Part shown: piece by piece, positions 57,158 to 64,000 of the stretch
How the letters are laid out: every line of letters begins with the position of its first letter
How positions within the stretch are numbered: the first letter of the stretch is position 1
Assembly: GCA_002408465.1 (NCBI GenBank)
Contig: DHSM01000016.1
Span: 10,836 to 74,835 of the forward strand
Length of the DNA stretch: 64,000 nt
Origin: Firmicutes bacterium UBA5286
GTDB taxonomy: Bacteria; Bacillota; Proteinivoracia; UBA4975
Direction of reading: 5' to 3'
Translations under genes and position numbers: made by a program
Notes under the pieces: generated by a model
The model's input: the letters and a program-made list of their open reading frames with translations, nothing else
What the model was told of the DNA's origin: nothing
The model's database searches: none

Positions 57158-58129
57158 GTGTTAAGGTACCTTGCGAAAAGGTTGATTTCGATGATTCCCG
57201 TCGTAATAGCCATCACTATCGTAGTTTTCGGGATGGTTAAGGCCATGCCCGGCGATCCCGCTGCCATGATGATCAACCCTGCCTTGAAAGAAGAACAAAG
57301 AATAGCTGCATATAACGCCATGAGAGAAAAGCTTAGCCTTGACAAACCCTTGCCGGTTCAATATGTAAAATGGGTGGCTGCTACAGTCCAGGGCGATTTG
57401 GGCTGGTCGGCCATGAACAATCGGCCGGTAAGAGATGTGATTTTAGAGCCCCTGAAGAATACCCTTATTCTTAATGTTTTTGTCACTGTTTTTCAGATTG
57501 CTATTATCTTGCCTATTGGCGTAATGATGGCAGTCAAGCGCGGTTCGTTTATGGACAGGTTTTGGCAAGTCTTTTCTTTGGTAGGTTATTCAATGCCGTC
57601 TTTCTTTATTGGACTATCTCTCATTTTTTTATTGGCACTGAAACTAAAATGGCTGCCCCCGGGCGGGATGCCAATATCTGCCTATGGAAAAAACTTCGCT
57701 TATTATGTTTCTTGGTTGAAATATTTGATTCTGCCCACGTTGAGCTTAACAATTATCAGTATTGCCGGTGCCATCCGCTATGTGCGCAATGCTATGATTG
57801 AAGCCCTTGATCAGGACTATATCAGGACTGCCCGTTCTAAAGGTCTTCCTGAAAAGGTTGTCATCTATTCTCATGCTTTCCGTAATGCGTTAATCCCCAT
57901 TTCTACCATCATAATTATGAGCGTTTTTGCAATGCTCAGCGGTTCCGCCATTACTGAGCAAGTGTTTGCATGGAAGGGAATCGGTCACACTTTGGTTTTA
58001 GCTTTGAATAACCGGGATTATATGCTGGTAATAGCCCTTAACCTGCTGAGCACAATGCTGGCAATTACCGCCAACATTGTCGCTGATATAACCTATGGAA
58101 TTGTCGATCCCCGGATTAAGCTGGAATAG
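57158..58129 (+). CDS. oppB: Opp-type permease B
   Basis: PGDP, DYIRTARSKGL, HAFRNALIP, D..YG.VDPRI; GTG 57158 with RBS. Confidence 0.92.
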   Translation: MLRYLAKRLISMIPVVIAITIVVFGMVKAMPGDPAAMMINPALKEEQRIAAYNAMREKLSLDKPLPVQYVKWVAATVQGDLGWSAMNNRPVRDVILEPLKNTLILNVFVTVFQIAIILPIGVMMAVKRGSFMDRFWQVFSLVGYSMPSFFIGLSLIFLLALKLKWLPPGGMPISAYGKNFAYYVSWLKYLILPTLSLTIISIAGAIRYVRNAMIEALDQDYIRTARSKGLPEKVVIYSHAFRNALIPISTIIIMSVFAMLSGSAITEQVFAWKGIGHTLVLALNNRDYMLVIALNLLSTMLAITANIVADITYGIVDPRIKLE

Positions 58130-58140
58130 GGAGTGATATA

Positions 58141-60030
58141 ATGGAAAACAAAACAGTTCCCGAGCCTGTTAAGGAGTCAACAGGCGCCAAACTTGGCAAA
58201 TCTTTCGGCTCCATGTTTAAGCGCTTGTTTATCAGGGAAAAGGATCACCTCTCTGTTTTAGAAGAAGAAGCCCTGCAGACTCCGACACAAACAGTATTTA
58301 AGAATTTTGTCCGGACCAGACTGGGAGTTGTTGGCGTCATCGCCTTTATCCTGATCATGCTTTTTTCTTTTGTGGGTTCGCAGCTGCGGCCTATAGATGA
58401 GTCTTATCAGGAACCGGCTCTGTCTAATATCCGCCCCGGAGCCAACTACCTGAAGTACCCCGCCCAAATCGTCAAGGAAGGGGTTAAAGAAATTTCTTCG
58501 GGGATTTCCTACTCTGTGGCCCTCACCAATGAAGGCAATGTCTATGCCTGGGGAAAACAGCCGATATATCTCAGTGGAATGTCCACCAGCGTTTTTAATT
58601 TTCCTGCCGGTTTTAAGCAAGGTCAGATTGCCCATATAGCAGCGGGTGACCGCTTTTGGGTTGCTTTATCTGAAGACGGAGAATTTTATGGCCTGGGTTA
58701 TAACAACTTTAAACAGGCAGAGTTGCCTGAAGAAGCAAAGGAGAAAATGCAGTCTTCCTCCGTCAAACAGTTGCTTGCTGGGGAAGGTGTTACCGGCATC
58801 CTCTTTGAGGATGGTGAAATCTTTATCTGGGGAAGCACCATGTCTACCCGTCAGGACAATGTTCCCAAGGAATACCAGGGGAGAATTGTCCATGCTGAGT
58901 TTACTTCGCTTAATGTTGTCGTCCTTTTGGATGACGGCACTATAGGTGTCTTTGGCGTAAGTGGCAATGAACTTTCTCTTATTCCTGCAGAACTTACTGA
59001 TGGCAGTGTTGAAGTGGTTGCTTTCACCACTTCCGGCCGCGCAGCTTTGGCTCTTGATTCTACAGGCAAACTGCATGTTTGGGGGAGCCGCTTGCATGAC
59101 ATTCTTCAAATCCCCGATTTTGAGGGAAAAGTTGTGGATTTGTTCGGCGGCAAGAATAATTTCGGCGTTTTGCTGGACAATGGCCAGGTCATTTACTGGG
59201 GAGCAAATCACTTTAATCAGCTGGCTTTTCCCAAAGCGATGAAATCTGCCAATTACGTTTCAGTATATTCTGACATGTTTCAGAGTTATGCTGTAGCTGA
59301 GGATGGCAATGTCACTGCCTGGGGTCATAAGGGCTTTGTCTTCGGTTCAGACCAGTTCGGCCGGGATAATTTGACCCGCCTTATTCACGGCGGCCGTATC
59401 TCCCTTACTGTCGGCGCCATCGCCATGATTATATCGGTTATTATCGCCCTGTTTATTGGCTTGGTTTCCGGCTACTTTGGCGGCTGGTTGGACAATCTCC
59501 TCATGCGTATTACTGACGTAGTTATCTCGATTCCCTTTATGCCTTTGGCTATTACCCTTTCGACAATTGTCACTGGCCGTGTGCCGGAAATGTACCGGAT
59601 CTATATGATTATGGTTATCTTGGGCTTTCTCAACTGGCCTGGCCTTGCCCGCCTCATCCGGGCACACTTGCTGCTGGAAAGAGAGAAAGACTTTGTCCTG
59701 GCGGCAAGGGCTTTGGGTGTCAAGCAGAGAAATATCATGGTCAGGCATATATTGCCCAACATTTTTAACTTGGTCATTGTCAACGTGACCTTGGGTTATG
59801 CCGGTGCATTGCTTATGGAATCTGCGTTGTCTTTCCTCGGTTTCGGCGTCTCGCCCCCAACTCCTTCCTGGGGCAATATGTTAGACTCGGCCCAGAGCTC
59901 TACTGTCATCCAGTACTACTGGTGGAGATGGGTTATCCCTGGATTAGCTGTGATCTTTGCGGCTCTTAGCGTCAACCTCATCGGTGATGCCCTGCGAGAC
60001 GCAATGGATCCAAAAGCAAGTGAGAAATAG
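58141..60030 (+). CDS. oppC: Opp-type permease C with inserted RCC1-like beta-propeller
   Basis: GSDQFGRD, FV.AARALG, HILPN, PPTPSWG; seven G-x-x-x-x-x-L/V-x-x-x-G-x-V-x-x-WG-like repeats in the first extracellular loop. Confidence 0.9.
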   Translation: MENKTVPEPVKESTGAKLGKSFGSMFKRLFIREKDHLSVLEEEALQTPTQTVFKNFVRTRLGVVGVIAFILIMLFSFVGSQLRPIDESYQEPALSNIRPGANYLKYPAQIVKEGVKEISSGISYSVALTNEGNVYAWGKQPIYLSGMSTSVFNFPAGFKQGQIAHIAAGDRFWVALSEDGEFYGLGYNNFKQAELPEEAKEKMQSSSVKQLLAGEGVTGILFEDGEIFIWGSTMSTRQDNVPKEYQGRIVHAEFTSLNVVVLLDDGTIGVFGVSGNELSLIPAELTDGSVEVVAFTTSGRAALALDSTGKLHVWGSRLHDILQIPDFEGKVVDLFGGKNNFGVLLDNGQVIYWGANHFNQLAFPKAMKSANYVSVYSDMFQSYAVAEDGNVTAWGHKGFVFGSDQFGRDNLTRLIHGGRISLTVGAIAMIISVIIALFIGLVSGYFGGWLDNLLMRITDVVISIPFMPLAITLSTIVTGRVPEMYRIYMIMVILGFLNWPGLARLIRAHLLLEREKDFVLAARALGVKQRNIMVRHILPNIFNLVIVNVTLGYAGALLMESALSFLGFGVSPPTPSWGNMLDSAQSSTVIQYYWWRWVIPGLAVIFAALSVNLIGDALRDAMDPKASEK

Positions 60031-60041
60031 GGGGTGAGAAA

Positions 60042-61037
60042 ATGAGTTTACTTGAAATAAATAACCTGCACACCTATTTTGATACCCGCAGAGGTTTAAT
60101 TAAGGCTGTTAACGGGGTCTCATTGAGTGTGGACGGGGGCAAGACTATGGGTATTGTCGGTGAATCCGGCAGCGGCAAGAGCCAGATGGCCCTTAGTATC
60201 CTCCAACTGTTTGAATCCAACCAGAAAATATATGAGGGCGAAATTTATTTCGATGGCCGTTTGATCTCAAACTTGAAGCAAGAAGAACTATACGAGATTC
60301 GTGGTAATGCCATTTCAATGATCTTCCAGGAACCCATGACCTCTCTCAATCCTGTTTTCAACGTCAGCAGGCAGATCAGCGAGGTGCTCATGCTACACCA
60401 AGGTCTGAGCAAGAAACAGGCCCACGAGCAATCCATTGAAATGCTGCGGGCTGTGAAAATTCCTAATCCTGAAGAGGTCGTCCTGCAATACCCCCACCAA
60501 CTTTCCGGGGGAATGCGGCAACGGGTTATGATTGCTATTGCCTTGGCCTGCAGGCCAAAGTTGCTCATTGCCGATGAACCTACTACAGCTTTGGACGTTA
60601 CCATCCAGGCTCAGATTTTGCGCCTGATGAATGAACTAAAGGACGATTTTAACGCTTCGATTATGTTTATTACCCATGACCTGGGGGTTATAAACCAGAT
60701 GGCCGACGATGTCGCTGTAATGTATTGCGGCCAGGTAGTGGAAACTGCACCGGTGGACTATATCTTCAAAAACCGCGACAAGTATTCCCACCCCTATACC
60801 GAGGCTCTGCTGGTTTCTATCCCGCTGCTCAGCGGCAATCAGGGCGACCGCTTAGAGGCAATCCCAGGCGCCGTTCCCCATCCTTTGGACTTGCCTCCCG
60901 GCTGCAAATTCGCTCCCCGCTGCAAATACGCCACTGCCCGCTGCCATCAGGAAGAGCCTGACTTGGTTTCCGTCAGCGATGTGCAGGCGGTCAGATGTTT
61001 CTATCCTCAGAAGGGAGTGAGAAACAGTGGAGAATAA
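60042..61037 (+). CDS. oppD: Opp-type ATPase D
   Basis: GESGSGKS, FQEPMTSLNP, YPHQLSGGMRQR. Confidence 0.94.
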   Translation: MSLLEINNLHTYFDTRRGLIKAVNGVSLSVDGGKTMGIVGESGSGKSQMALSILQLFESNQKIYEGEIYFDGRLISNLKQEELYEIRGNAISMIFQEPMTSLNPVFNVSRQISEVLMLHQGLSKKQAHEQSIEMLRAVKIPNPEEVVLQYPHQLSGGMRQRVMIAIALACRPKLLIADEPTTALDVTIQAQILRLMNELKDDFNASIMFITHDLGVINQMADDVAVMYCGQVVETAPVDYIFKNRDKYSHPYTEALLVSIPLLSGNQGDRLEAIPGAVPHPLDLPPGCKFAPRCKYATARCHQEEPDLVSVSDVQAVRCFYPQKGVRNSGE

Positions 61038-62559
61038 AAAACCTCTAATTCGCATTGAGCACCTGACTCATTATTTCCCCCTCAAAAAGAAGTCTATCTT
61101 TCAGCGTGAGCAATACTATGTGCGGGCAAATGAAGATATTTCTTTAAATATCTATGAGGGTGAAACCTTCGGCCTGGTCGGCGAAAGCGGCTGCGGCAAA
61201 TCCACTTTGGGCCGGGTAATTCTCCAATTGTATACCCAGACTTCGGGCACAATTCTCTATTACGGCAAAACCTTGGAAGAGTTTAAGCCCAAGTATGTCA
61301 AGAAAACTATCAACTACCTGCCAAGGATTGTGGCCAGGTACAATGAATTGGCAGCAGAATTGGGCGACGATTTTGAGGAGAAAGCTAAAGAGAACAAGGG
61401 CATCAGAAAAGTCGTTGTCAGATATGCTGATGCCGTCCGCATTGCCGGCGGCTTGGTTCTGGCAGACGATCTCAATGAAGTTTCCCGGGTGCTGCGGGAA
61501 GAATATGATGCCGGTTCCGCCTACTTTGCCCTCACTCACAAGCTGGGAGACGTAACCTTAAAGCGGGATACTTTAGTGGCCAAAGAGGTCAAGACTGGCG
61601 ACGATCAAAAGCACCTGGACCAGCTTAACAGTGAAATCGAAATTTTGACTGCTAAGAAAGATGCACTTAAGGCTGTTCTGGATGAAAAGCTGGCAGCCCT
61701 TCAAGCTTTGCGGGAGCGTGTTTCCAGCAAAGAGGGATTTGCCGCGGTAGACGCCAAGCAAGACGAGGGAATCGACCTGGCCCAGCTGACCTCTGAGGAG
61801 ATGCGGGTTCTCCGTCGGGAACTCCAGGTTATTTTCCAGGACCCCTATTCTTCATTGAACCCCCGCCTTACCGTCGGCCAAGTAATAAGCGAGGCCCTGA
61901 CTGCGCATAATATCTTTAAGTCGGGAACTGCGATTCTGGAAAAATACGTTGTCGACTTGATGGAAAAGTGCGGTCTCCAGCATTATATGCTTCACCGTTA
62001 TCCCCACCAGTTTTCCGGCGGCCAGCGGCAGCGTATCGGCATTGCCCGGGCCCTGGCGGTTATGCCCCAGTTTGTGGTCTGTGATGAGGCCGTCAGCGCT
62101 TTAGACGTATCCATTCAGTCTCAGATTATCAACTTGCTGATTGATCTGAAAGAACAGGAAAAACTCACCTATCTCTTTATTTCCCATGACCTCAGCACTG
62201 TCAAATTCATCAGCGACCGCATCGGCGTCATGTACCTGGGTTCTCTGGTTGAGCTGACCAGCTCTGAAGTAATCTTTAAGGATCCCCTTCATCCCTATAC
62301 CGAAGCTCTGATGGAAGCTATCCCCACTACCGAGGATGAATCCAGGAAAGACTTGGTTACCATTGAAGGAGATATCCCCAGTCCCATCAATCCGCCCAGC
62401 GGCTGCAAGTTCCACACCCGGTGCAAGTATGCTACCGATAAGTGCAAGGAAGTTGTGCCGGAGTGGAAAGAACTGAAACCCGGACATTTCGTTGCCTGCC
62501 ACTATCCACTGGACAGAGGTGAAATACTTGTTCAAAAGACTAAGGGAGCGTCTGCCTAA
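61027..62559 (+). CDS. oppF: Opp-type ATPase F with about 165-aa helical insertion
   Basis: GESGCGKS, FQDPYSSLNP, YPHQFSGGQRQR; insert after Walker A region. Confidence 0.92.
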   Translation: MENKKPLIRIEHLTHYFPLKKKSIFQREQYYVRANEDISLNIYEGETFGLVGESGCGKSTLGRVILQLYTQTSGTILYYGKTLEEFKPKYVKKTINYLPRIVARYNELAAELGDDFEEKAKENKGIRKVVVRYADAVRIAGGLVLADDLNEVSRVLREEYDAGSAYFALTHKLGDVTLKRDTLVAKEVKTGDDQKHLDQLNSEIEILTAKKDALKAVLDEKLAALQALRERVSSKEGFAAVDAKQDEGIDLAQLTSEEMRVLRRELQVIFQDPYSSLNPRLTVGQVISEALTAHNIFKSGTAILEKYVVDLMEKCGLQHYMLHRYPHQFSGGQRQRIGIARALAVMPQFVVCDEAVSALDVSIQSQIINLLIDLKEQEKLTYLFISHDLSTVKFISDRIGVMYLGSLVELTSSEVIFKDPLHPYTEALMEAIPTTEDESRKDLVTIEGDIPSPINPPSGCKFHTRCKYATDKCKEVVPEWKELKPGHFVACHYPLDRGEILVQKTKGASA

Positions 62560-62734
62560 AAAACACAGCCCGGAAGAAGTCGAAGACCACTTTCGCAAGC
62601 TCGAAGGCATAGGCGGGCTGGAAAAGAACGATTATAAGGCAATGATTCTCGCTGCTTTTCTTACCCTTGGTCTGCCGCTGCTGGCAATGATAGCAGTGAT
62701 TTACGGCAGCATCTACTTGTTATTTCTTCGTTAA
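62552..62734 (+). CDS. Small single-TM protein closing the opp operon (apparent CTG start)
   Basis: CTGCCTAA overlaps oppF stop; LEKNDYKAMILAAF..TM; followed by terminator 62743-62779. Confidence 0.55.
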   Translation: MPKKHSPEEVEDHFRKLEGIGGLEKNDYKAMILAAFLTLGLPLLAMIAVIYGSIYLLFLR

Positions 62735-62812
62735 AAATTTTACAATCCATACCTTGTCTTTTTCAGGTATGGATTTTTTTGTCCTGAGCAGACGGTGACA
62801 GTTTGCGAAAGG

Positions 62813-62841
62813 TTGAAAATAATTCTGTCATGAGGTATAGT
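62813..62841 (+). promoter_or_regulatory. sigmaA promoter for BMP gene
   Basis: TTGAAA-17-TATAGT. Confidence 0.65.
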
Positions 62842-62882
62842 ACTAAAGGAGTATGTTTACAAATACAAGGAGGGTGTAATCC

Positions 62883-64000
62883 ATGAAAAAATTAGTTGTT
62901 ATTTTATTGGCACTGGCTTTAGTACTGCCTTTGGCCGCATGCAACAAAACACCGGGTCCCGATACCGAGGATCCAGGCAAAGATCCAGAAAAAGAAACAT
63001 ATGAACTTGCCTTAATTACAGACATTGGCACCATCGATGACAAATCTTTTAACCAGGGTGCGTGGGAAGGCCTGAAAAAGTATGCGGAAGAAAAGAAAAT
63101 AACCCATAAGTACTACAAGCCCGCAGAAAAGACCACCGCTGCATACTTGGATGCCATCGACCTAGCTGTCGAGGGCGGAGCAAAACTGATTGTCTGTCCC
63201 GGCTTCTTATTTGAACCTGCTGTGTATGAAGCTCAAGATCTCTATCCCGAAATTAAATTCATCCTTTTAGATGGAGATCCCAACGATGGGGACTGGGATA
63301 AAGGTTTCCCAACTTACAAACGGCAGAGCAATGTCTACTCAGTCTTCTATGCAGAAGAGCAGGCCGGCTTCCTGGCTGGTTATGCAGCTGTAAAAGACGG
63401 CTACACCAAACTGGGCTTTATGGGCGGCATGGCCGTTCCCCCAGTTATCCGCTTTGGCTATGGCTTTGTCCAGGGCGCCGAATTCGCCGGCAAGGAACTG
63501 GGAATCGAAGCAATTGAAGTTATGTATCACTATACCGGCAAATTTGAAGCAACTCCCGAAGCTCAGGCAATGGCTGCCGGCTGGTATGAAGCCGGCACCG
63601 AAGTCATCTTTGCCTGCGGCGGCGCAGTAGGCAACTCTGTAATGGCGGCTGCTGAAACAGCAGGCAAGGCTGTTATTGGTGTCGACGTCGACCAGTCTGC
63701 AGAATCCGACACTGTTATTACCTCTTCCATGAAACAGCTTTCAGTTTCCGTCTACGATGGAATTAAAGCCTTCTACGCCGGCAGCTTCCCCGGCGGCAAA
63801 AGCATAGTCCTTGACGCTAAGGTACTGGGCGTTGGACTGCCTATGGCAAGCTCAAAGTTTGAGACCTTTACCCAGGCCGACTACGATGCAATCTTCCAGG
63901 AATTAGTTGACGGCAATATTGAAATCCTCAAGGATACCAAAAAAGTCGACGATACTGATACCCCCGTGAAAATTACCGATATCCCACTCGAATTAACTAC
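62883..64000 (+). CDS. BMP/PnrA-family (nucleoside-type) ABC substrate-binding lipoprotein, runs off window end
   Basis: My translation: MKK..LAAC lipobox; TDIGTIDDKSFNQGAWEG; EEQAGFLAG; IGVDVDQ; absent from ORF track because no stop in window. Confidence 0.9.
   Translation, partial: MKKLVVILLALALVLPLAACNKTPGPDTEDPGKDPEKETYELALITDIGTIDDKSFNQGAWEGLKKYAEEKKITHKYYKPAEKTTAAYLDAIDLAVEGGAKLIVCPGFLFEPAVYEAQDLYPEIKFILLDGDPNDGDWDKGFPTYKRQSNVYSVFYAEEQAGFLAGYAAVKDGYTKLGFMGGMAVPPVIRFGYGFVQGAEFAGKELGIEAIEVMYHYTGKFEATPEAQAMAAGWYEAGTEVIFACGGAVGNSVMAAAETAGKAVIGVDVDQSAESDTVITSSMKQLSVSVYDGIKAFYAGSFPGGKSIVLDAKVLGVGLPMASSKFETFTQADYDAIFQELVDGNIEILKDTKKVDDTDTPVKITDIPLELT

Noticed and set aside
1-64000. tRNA/rRNA genes, integrase, transposase, prophage or CRISPR-Cas
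   Set aside because: None recognised by eye; tRNAscan-SE, ISEScan and Infernal would be needed to exclude them formally

Overview
Chromosomal window from a GC-rich, spore-forming, anaerobic Firmicute. Evidence for that call: sigmaH/sigmaE promoters, a Spo0A box, an S-box and the comF-hpf-secA-prfB gene order. Most genes point to peptide and amino-acid fermentation (S8 and M42 peptidases, HypD glycyl-radical hydroxyproline dehydratase, tdh-kbl, an Opp-type ABC system) or to metal handling (Fur/Zur + ECF + ZIP; Crp/Fnr + P1B ATPase). Housekeeping genes include serS, metK, secA, frameshifted prfB and a split transketolase. Two ncRNAs are recognisable: a SAM-I riboswitch lacking P4, and a raiA-motif RNA. 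I found no tRNA/rRNA, CRISPR array, integrase or transposase, but several dispersed REP-like and heptamer repeats. Best leads: (1) a 7-gene uncharacterised membrane-complex operon built around an orphan GlmL/MutL-type ASKHA ATPase (25350-31570); (2) an Opp system whose OppC carries a 7-bladed RCC1-like propeller and whose OppF carries a helical insert; (3) a MocR regulator divergent from a PhnDCE-family importer with no C-P lyase, possibly importing B6-phosphate; (4) a Fur/Zur-boxed CbiM-like ECF transporter with a His-rich loop; (5) a promoter-to-polyU ~145-nt RNA closed by a 12-bp stem upstream of hemerythrin. All calls were made by eye; no database searches were run.
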